DNA of 64,000 nucleotides from a virus: IMG/VR virus record IMGVR_UViG_3300035670_000141, positions 1 to 64,000 of that record; one strand, 5' to 3'. Shown piece by piece: positions 30,202 to 39,948 of this stretch (position 1 is its first letter; each line of letters starts with the position of its first letter). The notes under the pieces were generated by a model. It saw only the letters and a program-made list of their open reading frames with translations, ran no database searches and was not told where the DNA came from. The position numbers and the translations under genes were made by a program.

Positions 30202-30672
30202 TTATCTTCCCGCCGCAAATGTTCCAGTAAATTCATCACCCGCAAATTGTCTTACGATACCATCAATTCCACCTTCACTAGATATTGTAGCAATTGTAAG
30301 CCAACCCTTTTCACCATCTTTTAAGTCAGGCAAGCTAGTTACATCACCTAGAAATGCTTCTACCTTTTCACCTCTAGGAAAACCAGTAGGTTTTAGGCCG
30401 TCATCATTCCATGCCCATGCTGTACCACTATCTAACCAATCATCGCCTGATGGTATCACAGCCCATCTTGTTATATTTCCTTCTACATTGGCAGCACCAA
30501 AATGTTGGCCGCCTAATGATTGTTCATTATTTGGTCCGCTAGTATCGACATAGGCTTCAATTGCAACATAATCAAATGATGACCTAACACCTTCGCGTAG
30601 GCTTGATGGTAGCGTTGTTGGGCGCTTCCATACCATGCGCATTCCAGGGAATTGAGCAAAAGGCGTTGCCAT
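30202..30672 (-). CDS. putative head closure protein
   Basis: Position upstream of the neck gene. Confidence 0.5.
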   Translation of the reverse strand: MATPFAQFPGMRMVWKRPTTLPSSLREGVRSSFDYVAIEAYVDTSGPNNEQSLGGQHFGAANVEGNITRWAVIPSGDDWLDSGTAWAWNDDGLKPTGFPRGEKVEAFLGDVTSLPDLKDGEKGWLTIATISSEGGIDGIVRQFAGDEFTGTFAAGR

Positions 30673-30674
30673 GA

Positions 30675-31712
30675 TTATGACCTTGCAGGAGGTAACATCA
30701 AAGGACCTGATCTAGTTGATTGTGATTTTTTTGTAGTTTTGGTTTTGGTTTTAGCCTTGGTTTTAGGCTTGCCTTTTTTACTGATGCCTTTCATTGTTGG
30801 TTCTGCATTCATCAATGCAATAACTGAATCACGCATTTTTTTAACACGATCAAAATCTTTAGGGCGGCCACCAACATCAGGATGCACCTTTTTGGCAATT
30901 CTTCTATAGGCTTGCTCAACATCTGCTTTACTTGCTTTTTTAGGATCCAATCCAAATACAGCCCATGGCCTAAAGTTTTTATGAATATCAATACCATTGA
31001 TCACGCCAGGCCTTTCTTTCCTATTGCGATCACTCATTGGTGTTTTAATTCTTGCTCTATATGCGCGTTCCCATTCTGACCTTGTTTTAGGCATCCTACC
31101 TTTTTTGATTTCAGATAAACCTTCTCCAGTACCAGCAGCTCTAGCGATTGTTGCCATTCCAACCTTCCCGCTACCTTTCACTGATTTCATTACAGCACTT
31201 CTCATCTCTTTAAGGCTCATTGTTTTAACTGACTTGCCAGTTTCAAACTTGCTACCGGGAACAACGCCGGTTCTTGTTGCCATACGCTTTGCGCGTTGCG
31301 CGGCAACATTTACTTTTTTGGTCGGTGGATTAACTTCCGCTTTTTTTGCGGGCTTCTTTTTGCTTTTAGCTAAAGACATCAAGCCAGATGATACCTTTTT
31401 TCTTAGCTTAGATTGCTCGCTGGATTGTATTTTTGTCCTGCTTGCTTTTGACACCTCGTTTAATTTTTTCTTACCACGTGTTACAGCACCCTTTTGTTGT
31501 GCGCTAGGAGATGCCGCTAGCTTGGCTTTAGAACTTTTCAGGCTTGTTCTGGCGGCCAGGGATCCTTTGCCCTTAATCGCGGCTGACTTGGCCGCCTTCC
31601 TTACTGATGATGGCGTCGCCTTTTTACCGCCGCCAGGGGTTGACGAGAACTGCCCCTGCGCATCACGTACGTATTGGGTCCGTTTTTTACCTGACCTGCC
31701 GCCACGTGCCAT
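30675..31712 (-). CDS. basic MARGG-module protein with C-terminal J-domain (paralogue 2)
   Basis: PWAVFGL...VEQAYRRIAKKVHPDVGG (HPD motif). Confidence 0.8.
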   Translation of the reverse strand: MARGGRSGKKRTQYVRDAQGQFSSTPGGGKKATPSSVRKAAKSAAIKGKGSLAARTSLKSSKAKLAASPSAQQKGAVTRGKKKLNEVSKASRTKIQSSEQSKLRKKVSSGLMSLAKSKKKPAKKAEVNPPTKKVNVAAQRAKRMATRTGVVPGSKFETGKSVKTMSLKEMRSAVMKSVKGSGKVGMATIARAAGTGEGLSEIKKGRMPKTRSEWERAYRARIKTPMSDRNRKERPGVINGIDIHKNFRPWAVFGLDPKKASKADVEQAYRRIAKKVHPDVGGRPKDFDRVKKMRDSVIALMNAEPTMKGISKKGKPKTKAKTKTKTTKKSQSTRSGPLMLPPARS

Positions 31713-31719
31713 GGGTTGC

Positions 31720-32775
31720 CTATGCTTTTGATTTAGTTTTCCCTTTCTTTTTAAGCCTGCGGACAATAGGATTTGGATTAAGACCTTTAGCTTCTCGATA
31801 GGCAGACATCACCTGATAATCGTATTTTCTACCTGTGCGGCGACCGGCGTAAGTTTCGGCCACGAACTCAGATGTACTCGTGGTAGCGTACTTGCTAACA
31901 CGCCTGCTAAGTGATAATGGTATTCCAAGTACCTCGCTTGCGAAAGATGAACGATTAGACAAGTTTTTATCCTTTGCGTGACCCATCTCATGATGAAAAG
32001 TGTGCATCGGAGATGAACTTGAAAAAAGGCCTTGCTTTCGGCTTTTTATTCCAGCTTTGGCCGGATCAATATAATTAGAATGAGATCTATTGATTGACAT
32101 TGTACGTGTTTTAGAATTAAAGTTAGCAACGCTGCTACTAGCTCGACTACTGTCGTATTTAACAGGAAAGCCTTGTGATTCAAACATTGATTTTAATATA
32201 TTAGCATTTGCTAATCGAACTGTTTTGTCATCATTCTTTGGTGATATTCTGTAATCTACATCTGCCTTGCCAGCTTGAAATGGATTTTCCCCCTTCACCG
32301 GCTTGGCCGTCACATTCCTTGGTCTAAGGTTTGCCCTAACAAATTCACCAGGCCTTATTTTTTGCTTAACAGCCTTAGTTGTTTCATTTTTTGCGGATTG
32401 TACTGCGGGTTGTGATACTTTTCGCTTTTTCTTTATGGTGCCCGATTTTGGCGCAACATTGAGCTTAGCTTGGCTAGACTTAACCGCAACACGCGCAGCC
32501 TTCTCCCCACGAGTTACCGCACCCTTCTGAGCCCTTTTGCTAAGCGCTGTCTTTAATGTTTCATCTGATTTATCTATGGCTGCCAGCTTGGCCTTTGATC
32601 GCTTTAGGCTTGTCCTAGCGGCGAGCGAACCCTTCCCTTTAACCGCAGCAGCCTTGGCGGCCTTCCTGACGGCGCTAGGCGTGGCTTTTTTGCCTCCAGG
32701 CGTCGAGGCAAACTGCCCTTGTGCATCGCGAACGTACTGAGTGCGACGCCTGCCACCCCTGCCGCCACGTGCCAT
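31720..32775 (-). CDS. basic MARGG-module protein with C-terminal HExxH metallopeptidase-like domain (paralogue 3)
   Basis: HHEMGH...VSKYATTSTSEFVAE. Confidence 0.78.
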   Translation of the reverse strand: MARGGRGGRRRTQYVRDAQGQFASTPGGKKATPSAVRKAAKAAAVKGKGSLAARTSLKRSKAKLAAIDKSDETLKTALSKRAQKGAVTRGEKAARVAVKSSQAKLNVAPKSGTIKKKRKVSQPAVQSAKNETTKAVKQKIRPGEFVRANLRPRNVTAKPVKGENPFQAGKADVDYRISPKNDDKTVRLANANILKSMFESQGFPVKYDSSRASSSVANFNSKTRTMSINRSHSNYIDPAKAGIKSRKQGLFSSSSPMHTFHHEMGHAKDKNLSNRSSFASEVLGIPLSLSRRVSKYATTSTSEFVAETYAGRRTGRKYDYQVMSAYREAKGLNPNPIVRRLKKKGKTKSKA

Positions 32776-32816
32776 CACAAAGCTCTATTATGATCACACT
32801 ATTTTTCCCGTTTTAT

Positions 32817-34379
32817 CTATTCAATAGGTAATCCTTGCGCATCAACATTGTCCTCCGCCAAATCATTAGGTGATGGCGCTGGAGGATTCAATAATGCGTT
32901 ATTTTTTTCGTCTTCAATTAGCAATTGCGCTGCTTCTTTCTTTGCATCAACCTTAGGTCTTAACAACCCGCGTCTCTGCGCTAATGCAAGGAATGTTTCA
33001 CGCATCATCAACCCTTTATCATAAAGCGCGCTGCACAATTGTAATGTTTCATTGTCAACTTCCTTCTCTGTGATGGATGCCTTCATGTCAATTCCGGCAT
33101 CATTACTTACGGTCTCTCCTGTAAATATCGTCCACAACCTATACAATGATTGCATTGTAGATTCTTTTGATTCTGCTAAGCTTGTCATGTTTGCTTGAGT
33201 GCTAGCGCTTTGTAATTCAACTTCCGTTGCAGTACGATTACCGCTACCATTGAATATAAAATTCATCAAGCTACGATCTATATTGCTTTCAATTTCTTTT
33301 AATACTTGCAAGTGTATACCTAGGCTACTGCCGCTTGGTTCCGCAAAGGAAAAGCTACCATTTTCATCAAAAATTTGCATGATATGATTAGGGCCTAATG
33401 CAATAGGGACAGGGATAGGTTGTCCATCTGGCCCCATCGTTGTTGGCCTATTGCGATCTCTTAATACAGGAATAGGCATCGCGCATTTATGCAATAATTC
33501 TTTCATATCGCTGTAACTCCTATACCAATCTAATGTTAACTTAGCAACAGATAACATCATCGGTGCGCCTTCTCCAATACCATCCCTGGTGTGCCCATAC
33601 CAAACCACAGGCGGATATTGCAATTTTGCTTTATTTGATCCATAGCCATAAAATGATCCTTCATCAACAACTTCTAACTGAGCCGATGATGCTGTAGCCA
33701 ACCCCTTACCATTAGAATTATTAGATTCTTCTTTGATCTTGATCAACTGCCAATCCCCACCTCTCATTACTCGATAGAGTGGCGATAACTTAATGCCATA
33801 ATCATCATCTTCCTCCTCGTGCCATTCAAGAATTGTTACAGCAGAAATTACCTCCCTACCGTTCACTTTAGTCTTGCGCCAATTTAATACATTACGCCTC
33901 TCAGTATAAGAAAAAAATGGTCTATTTCTATTTCTAATATCATCATTCCTAGTTTTGTTTTCACTTCTATGTGTATCTACCATGATTAAACATCCATTAT
34001 CGCGCATCACTAAAGCATCGGCAGCCATGAACCATGCCTTTAGACTTGCGCCTTTACCATCAATATCATTTTGCGCGTCAATTAAACTTTTTGGTGCATT
34101 ACGTAATTCAAACCTACTTAATGCCCCGGCAAATGCATCAATACCATCCCTAAAATATGATGGATAGGATGATCTCTTTAATCTACCTTCATACGCCACA
34201 GATGGTTCAGCTAATTCTTGCGGAAGGTGTTTGCGTTGTTGATTTACAGTTCTAAGTTGTTCCCAACAATCTAAAACTAAATCTAAATCATCAATAACTT
34301 CCACCAATCTAGGATGGCGGAACGATGGCAAATTGCCTTTATCTGTTTGGTGGGCAATCTCCTTTTGCACTGTTATCAA
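32817..34379 (-). CDS. portal protein (DUF4055-like)
   Basis: YEGRLKRS, DIDGKGASL, LNWR, AEPSG, RTATE; downstream of the terminase. Confidence 0.88.
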   Translation of the reverse strand: MITVQKEIAHQTDKGNLPSFRHPRLVEVIDDLDLVLDCWEQLRTVNQQRKHLPQELAEPSVAYEGRLKRSSYPSYFRDGIDAFAGALSRFELRNAPKSLIDAQNDIDGKGASLKAWFMAADALVMRDNGCLIMVDTHRSENKTRNDDIRNRNRPFFSYTERRNVLNWRKTKVNGREVISAVTILEWHEEEDDDYGIKLSPLYRVMRGGDWQLIKIKEESNNSNGKGLATASSAQLEVVDEGSFYGYGSNKAKLQYPPVVWYGHTRDGIGEGAPMMLSVAKLTLDWYRSYSDMKELLHKCAMPIPVLRDRNRPTTMGPDGQPIPVPIALGPNHIMQIFDENGSFSFAEPSGSSLGIHLQVLKEIESNIDRSLMNFIFNGSGNRTATEVELQSASTQANMTSLAESKESTMQSLYRLWTIFTGETVSNDAGIDMKASITEKEVDNETLQLCSALYDKGLMMRETFLALAQRRGLLRPKVDAKKEAAQLLIEDEKNNALLNPPAPSPNDLAEDNVDAQGLPIE

Positions 34380-34413
34380 CCATATAAGCTAGCTCTAGTT
34401 TTCCCGTAATCAC

Positions 34414-35307
34414 TTAAAATAAGTCTAGTTGATGCAATGCTAATTCTATAAGTTGTTTAGGTTCTGAAATGCGCTTTTTGGCTCCTTTATTTTGAATACC
34501 AACTTCTGTTGGTACCTCTTCAAGTTCTATTGATAAATCAATTTGTTTTTCTGTAGCTATTGAAATACCACTGCTGATTTTTCTTGCTTTTTGCATAAAT
34601 TGATAAAATGGTCCAATCGCAATTTGTCTTCTCCTTGGATGATTCCAGGCTGCTTCTAGTAAATTTTGATCCGCTTCTGATATGCTTTCATGAGCAGAAT
34701 CAGCTATCATCAATGCTTGATCTAACTCATAAAATTCTTCCATTTCTTCATCTTTATCTACAGCATAAAGCTTAATGTCAGGATCTAACATAACTGATGT
34801 ACTTTGCGCTTCTAAAATTTCGCTAATTTCATCAACACGCAAATCTGTATCACATGCAATATCTTCTATTCTTGTTCCTTCACTATGCAACTTGCGTACC
34901 TTGCTGGCCTTATCGCGCCAACGATCAGGAAACTTAACACCACTAGAATGGCCTCGGTCACGTAAGTATTGACGCATGGCACCATCAATAAATGGTACGG
35001 CAATTGTGCTTAATTTATATGGTTCACCATTTTTAGGGTTGATTTTTGTTGGATCATATTTCCTGCACCCTTTAATCAATCCAATCAATGCAACTTGATA
35101 TAAATCTTCAAATGGCATCTTTGTACGCATTGACATCAAATGCGCATGTTTTTGCGCTAATTTTATATTATCTAATATAAGTTTTTCGCTGTATTCCGTA
35201 GGCTCAGTAAACACAGGCTTCTTATTGGTTGTGCCTAAGCTGGGCTTTTCGATGCTGGTAGCCCTAGGTGTTGATACCCTTTTTGCTCGTGATGACTGGC
35301 GATTCAT
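34414..35307 (-). CDS. phage RNA polymerase sigma-70-family (SigB/F-like) factor
   Basis: NIKLA...FEDLYQVALIGLIKGCRKYDP...LSTIAVPFIDGAMRQYLRD (region 2). Confidence 0.88.
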   Translation of the reverse strand: MNRQSSRAKRVSTPRATSIEKPSLGTTNKKPVFTEPTEYSEKLILDNIKLAQKHAHLMSMRTKMPFEDLYQVALIGLIKGCRKYDPTKINPKNGEPYKLSTIAVPFIDGAMRQYLRDRGHSSGVKFPDRWRDKASKVRKLHSEGTRIEDIACDTDLRVDEISEILEAQSTSVMLDPDIKLYAVDKDEEMEEFYELDQALMIADSAHESISEADQNLLEAAWNHPRRRQIAIGPFYQFMQKARKISSGISIATEKQIDLSIELEEVPTEVGIQNKGAKKRISEPKQLIELALHQLDLF

Positions 35308-36953
35308 CTGGTGAATACTCCATTTTGATTGCCAATCATGGCATTTTGATTATACATCATTTGACCACCTAAACTTGGATTGGTGGATAATGGCGCACCA
35401 TAACCCCAGCTAACAGTCTCAAATTTCAATGGACCATTGCCTGTTATGTAAATTACAACTTGACTTACTTCATCTACAATATCATCATGCACACCAGATG
35501 GAAACTTGGTTAGTTGATCTATGCATTCATTTGCCCAAGGTGCAGATCTTGGAAAAAATACCCTGCCTGCATTGACTTCAACACTAGCAGCATTAGCACG
35601 ACCCTCCTTGCTGCCCATCTCACCAATACCAGCCGCAACAACTCTAAATCCATGCGCCTGCTCTGATTCCAGCATCTTAATGATACCAGCGCCATTGGCT
35701 TTCTTTTCAATCAATAACTCATTAAAGCAATGCTTTTTGTGAAGTGTTTTAATCATCGTTAATGTTTTTGGAAAATCTAATCTTTCATTCACAAGGTCTA
35801 TTTTCCATAGGCCATGTTCAGTCTGCCCATATAATCCCATCGCAACCATATCACTACCAGCGGTATCATCAAATGTGCAGTCAACCGATAAAATTTTGCG
35901 AATAAAGTGCTTTGGTATTATAGGATCACCTTCTAATCCTTTCCATTGATCACAACTATAAAAAGCAAGGCGATCTTTGAAAAATACAGTGCCTCCTCCA
36001 GCGCTTGGCCTTTGTTGATATACAGCTTCCCATTCCCTTGGTGGTGTATTTGCCTTTTTTCTTCTAATAAACCTAGTATTATATCTATCAGGATCTAACG
36101 CTTCACCAGGTTTTCTATTGTCGTTTTCTCTTGTTACTGTTGCTGGTAATGGCTTAATATCATTAGCGGGTAGCGCTTCAATCGGTAAAGATATAACGTG
36201 CCATCGCTCGCATTCACTTTCAAGACCTTCCTTCTCTAGTTCTAAATTTTTATTAAGTAGATAACCAATTAAATCATATTCATGCCATCTTGTGTGTACA
36301 ATTACAGTAGAACTTCCGGGTTCTTCCCTTGTGCTAAGAACCGAGTCCCACCATGAATGTACTTGACGTCTAAATGCTGGTGATTCCGCGTCAACCATTG
36401 ATCTGATTGGATCATCAACGAACAAGAAATGGCCCGGCTTACCTGTACCCTTGCCGACACCAGCAGTCCAACAGCTCCCGATCCCATCATCAGGCCCCCA
36501 TTCTTCTTTTCCTCTCAAGGAAGGCCTTAGGATACCTCCAGATGCTACAAAATAATCTCTTGCATTTTCACTAAAACCTGTTGCAAGATCTTGTGTATGA
36601 CAACATATTCCAGCGCTACGATCAGGGAATCGCCTAATGCAATATCCCGGCAAAAACCTAGAAAATATCGTAGATTTCCAATGTCTTGGCGGAAGTTCCA
36701 CCATAACTCTAGGCAGGTCACCATCAGCAACACGTTGCGCAATAGCAATTAGCCTTTCAGTATGTTTTGTAAATGGAAACCTTGGATAAGCTGTTTTGAT
36801 ATATGTTTTGAATGATTCTTGATAGGGTTCAATTTCTGCTGATCTTGCTAATTCAATGCGATTTTGTGTTTCAATTGCACCAATCAAAGGGAAGCCATCA
36901 TAAGCATCCCTCGCGGCAACTGATAGCATGTCCATTCGAGAGAATGAACGCAT
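35304..36953 (-). CDS. terL: terminase large subunit
   Basis: PPRHWKS Walker A, FVDDP Walker B, TRWHEYDL, YQQRP, IEKKANG, HDDIVD. Confidence 0.95.
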   Translation of the reverse strand: MRSFSRMDMLSVAARDAYDGFPLIGAIETQNRIELARSAEIEPYQESFKTYIKTAYPRFPFTKHTERLIAIAQRVADGDLPRVMVELPPRHWKSTIFSRFLPGYCIRRFPDRSAGICCHTQDLATGFSENARDYFVASGGILRPSLRGKEEWGPDDGIGSCWTAGVGKGTGKPGHFLFVDDPIRSMVDAESPAFRRQVHSWWDSVLSTREEPGSSTVIVHTRWHEYDLIGYLLNKNLELEKEGLESECERWHVISLPIEALPANDIKPLPATVTRENDNRKPGEALDPDRYNTRFIRRKKANTPPREWEAVYQQRPSAGGGTVFFKDRLAFYSCDQWKGLEGDPIIPKHFIRKILSVDCTFDDTAGSDMVAMGLYGQTEHGLWKIDLVNERLDFPKTLTMIKTLHKKHCFNELLIEKKANGAGIIKMLESEQAHGFRVVAAGIGEMGSKEGRANAASVEVNAGRVFFPRSAPWANECIDQLTKFPSGVHDDIVDEVSQVVIYITGNGPLKFETVSWGYGAPLSTNPSLGGQMMYNQNAMIGNQNGVFTR

Positions 36954-37068
36954 GGGAATTTAACATGTGCTTTAATTATACACTACTCAATCAAAAAGAT
37001 GGATTAAGCGTAATGTGCAATGCACGTCATCGGCTAAAGTCTGCCGATGGTAAGTTGTTGTTCATTGA

Positions 37069-37356
37069 TCACCAATCTGGAACCAATCCGTAGTTTTCCT
37101 CAATGTCTTCGGTGGAAAGTATTTTAACACTTCCGGCTAAAGCATAGATATAATTACCTTTGTTAACTTCACGTATCTTTTCCCAATTAGTAGATCCAGG
37201 ATAGTAAATCACAAGAAGCTGACTATCGGCAAATTTAACTTGATCGGATGTAGTAATCCGTGGTTCTATCCATTTAATGATTTCCTTCGCACATTGCGGT
37301 GTGCCATCATATTCGATGGCACAAAAAATAGCATGGTTTGGTGCAAAGAATGGCAT
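37069..37356 (-). CDS. hypothetical protein
   Basis: ORF in a minus-strand run. Confidence 0.5.
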   Translation of the reverse strand: MPFFAPNHAIFCAIEYDGTPQCAKEIIKWIEPRITTSDQVKFADSQLLVIYYPGSTNWEKIREVNKGNYIYALAGSVKILSTEDIEENYGLVPDW

Positions 37357-37630
37357 GGTGATTAAGTGTTGGTTGTAAGTGGCGATCGTGGATGGTATTT
37401 GCGATAAAGGCCCCTAGCGGCTTGAATTGACTTTTGCCTCCAACCTCGCTCAAATGGTCTTTCAGCCCTTACACCATCTTGCCAGCGATCACCACATCTA
37501 AGGCATATCAAATCCGTGCCATACCACGGCGCATGTGTGACAAGCGTGAAGCACATGCGTTTACAAGTAGAGCATGTCAGAATGTTTATACTGCATTTAT
37601 CGTAGTGACGACAGGAGACATGAAGAATGC

Positions 37631-38590
37631 TCATGATCTTTCTTGACCTATGATTTGCTTCCATCGTGCAATTACACATCTTGCATATTGAAGACTTGAT
37701 ATTGACCTTGATTCTTTATTCTTAAAAGTGTACCAACCTAAAGACCAAAAATCATTCATTTCAACCAATGAATAACCGCCAAGGTCTTCTCTATATCCAA
37801 TATCAATAGCATAAGCAATTGGCACGTCAATACCTTGCTGAATCTTTTTGATAATCGCCTTGACTAATCTTTGATCTGGTGAAGGATATTCTTCATCATG
37901 TGCATCATATCGGCACCATCCGATGATTTCACTTGCGTAGATATAAAATCTATACTCCGCGGTAAATTTAACTGGATTTGAGATCCAAACTTGCATGTCT
38001 TGCCTGGTTATATCTTCTTTTTTTAAGTTAACTTTTATATCACCTGTGAACAACTTAAGCTTAACAGGTTTGGTAAATTCATGATCCATCGCGGTATAAA
38101 TATAACCTCTTCTAATACTGCGCCTTAAAAAACTATCTAACTGTCCAGGATATGTGCCATAAGAATAATTAGGTGGTAATCTTATTTCAGCTAGTTCGCA
38201 GTATTTTTCGACAAATTCAACAGATCCAATTGGTATAACTGCTTTGCTAAGCGGTTTTAAGTATTGGCACAGCTCTGCAAAATCAACACTGGTGTAAAAC
38301 GCATAGTTTTTTAATTCGTCCCATTCTTTCGCCAAAGGCCCACCTTTTTGGCGGAGAAAACTTATGTTGTAGTTTAAGCAGTGACTTATCAATTCGTCTT
38401 CATTATCTGCGCCATCACCACTATCATTCCATTCAATTGCTTTTAGCGCATCAGCAACGTCTAACATGTGAAGCGCAAATTGCCTTCTTAGTCCTGTATT
38501 TTTGTTGAAGCCTTCAACAAAATCGCCGCCATCATTCTCTGCAGCATCTATTAGTCTTCGATACAAATAATTCATTGATCCCCCAGACAT
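37631..38590 (-). CDS. ATP-grasp (DUF4343-like) protein fused to an N-terminal MSGGS domain
   Basis: IPIGSVEFV, FTKPVKLKLFTG, AEYRFYI, YAIDIG, LVEMNDFWSLG. Confidence 0.75.
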   Translation of the reverse strand: MSGGSMNYLYRRLIDAAENDGGDFVEGFNKNTGLRRQFALHMLDVADALKAIEWNDSGDGADNEDELISHCLNYNISFLRQKGGPLAKEWDELKNYAFYTSVDFAELCQYLKPLSKAVIPIGSVEFVEKYCELAEIRLPPNYSYGTYPGQLDSFLRRSIRRGYIYTAMDHEFTKPVKLKLFTGDIKVNLKKEDITRQDMQVWISNPVKFTAEYRFYIYASEIIGWCRYDAHDEEYPSPDQRLVKAIIKKIQQGIDVPIAYAIDIGYREDLGGYSLVEMNDFWSLGWYTFKNKESRSISSLQYARCVIARWKQIIGQERS

Positions 38591-38949
38591 TAGCTTTCCT
38601 CCGTTTTCATTTTGATGCACTGATTACCCCATCTTGCTAAAGCAATTTGACAGCGAAATATATCTAATTCATTTCGTATTTGACACTCGCTTTCAAGATT
38701 TTGATTAAAATCGTATAATTTACATTCGCCGTAGCCGCCAAAATCAAAATGAATGCGGAAATAAAACGTATTGCAGCCAATAGCTTTATCGTATTCTTCT
38801 ATTGTTTCACTAAGCATGATAACATTTGCAATCGCAAACGATTGCCCGTCGGGTAATTTAATCCATCCTTGCGGAGGTAAGAGGCTTGATGTTTCAAATG
38901 ATTTTTGCTTTGTGTTCATTGTCGTAGCTTCATTGTTCATTGTTTGCAA
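38590..38949 (-). CDS. hypothetical protein
   Basis: Coupled ORF. Confidence 0.45.
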   Translation of the reverse strand: MQTMNNEATTMNTKQKSFETSSLLPPQGWIKLPDGQSFAIANVIMLSETIEEYDKAIGCNTFYFRIHFDFGGYGECKLYDFNQNLESECQIRNELDIFRCQIALARWGNQCIKMKTEES

Positions 38950-39340
38950 TCAACTGTTGTTGACAAATAATGTCTTCAGGCTTTTTTATCATAGCTCTTC
39001 TCCCCCACACAATCTCTATTGTTGCAATTCGTAATGATTCTACGTATTCTGGAGATTGTTGATGAAGCATCATTGTAGCTTCTGCATTTTCGTAGTCTTT
39101 TTTTACTGGTTCCCATAATAATATGTCACCATTTTTTAAGGCAATAGCAAATGTCCATCCTATTTCTTTACTTGCTTGATCATCATACAATGGCTTAATG
39201 TGATCTTCAATTCTTTCTATCGCGCTAATAGGAAAAATATATCCGCCAAATTGAATCAGCTTTAGACTTGGTTGTTGCCCAGATAGTATTTTTATCTTAT
39301 GATTTTTGATTGATCGCTTCACGCTAGTTTGATTATTCAT
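38930..39340 (-). CDS. hypothetical protein
   Basis: Coupled ORF. Confidence 0.45.
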   Translation of the reverse strand: MNNQTSVKRSIKNHKIKILSGQQPSLKLIQFGGYIFPISAIERIEDHIKPLYDDQASKEIGWTFAIALKNGDILLWEPVKKDYENAEATMMLHQQSPEYVESLRIATIEIVWGRRAMIKKPEDIICQQQLIANNEQ

Positions 39341-39948
39341 TATACAATAGCAGTGACAACACGTTCTAGTTGGCCTTGATATTTTCCTTTTCTATCCCGG
39401 TATGTAACCTCACAAGGTTCACCTTCAAAAAATAATAATTGGCAAACACCTTCCTCTGCATAAACTCGACAATCAGCCCCGGAAGAATTGCTAAATTCTA
39501 AAGTGAGATGGCCTTCCCAGCCAGCTTCAGCCGGGGTTGTATTCACGATGATACCTAATCGAGCATAGGTGCTCTTGCCAAGGCATATCACGGTAATGTT
39601 GGATGGCACCCGCAACTTTTCCAGTGCTACACCTAGCCCATAAGAATGAGCGGGTAGGATGAAGTAAGCGCCATCTTTATCATGTTCTAGGGCGACAGGT
39701 TCCAAATTTGCTGGATTAAAGCGCTTTGGATTCATCACAGTGCCTGGCACATGACGAAAGATCAGAAATTCTTTCGCAGACAGGCGAAGATCATAGCCAT
39801 AGCTGGAGCAGCCGTAGGACAGGACTGACCGTGGCATAGCCATTAGGCCAGCAGGATCCCCGTGTATTTCTCTCACAAGCCCCAGCTCAAAGGGCTCGAT
39901 CATGCCAGCGGCGGCCTTTTCCCTGATCCAGCGATCGTTTTTAATCAT
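39340..39948 (-). CDS. dcd: dCTP deaminase
   Basis: SYGCSSYGYD, GKSTYAR, PAEAGWEGHLTLE, YRDRKGKYQ. Confidence 0.95.
   Translation of the reverse strand: MIKNDRWIREKAAAGMIEPFELGLVREIHGDPAGLMAMPRSVLSYGCSSYGYDLRLSAKEFLIFRHVPGTVMNPKRFNPANLEPVALEHDKDGAYFILPAHSYGLGVALEKLRVPSNITVICLGKSTYARLGIIVNTTPAEAGWEGHLTLEFSNSSGADCRVYAEEGVCQLLFFEGEPCEVTYRDRKGKYQGQLERVVTAIV

Larger units (their letters stand above)
839..34406. promoter_or_regulatory. dispersed late-promoter motif CGGGAAAA(C/A/T)T
   Basis: Copies at 839(+) and at 6041, 9764, 11728, 12617, 14489, 23542, 28460, 32801, 34397 (all -); variants at 2364(+) and 31735(-); always upstream of and co-oriented with structural genes. Confidence 0.8.

Noticed and set aside
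30997..31731. 244-aa hydrophobic plus-strand ORF
   Set aside because: It is the antisense shadow of Lys-rich codons (AAA reads as TTT).
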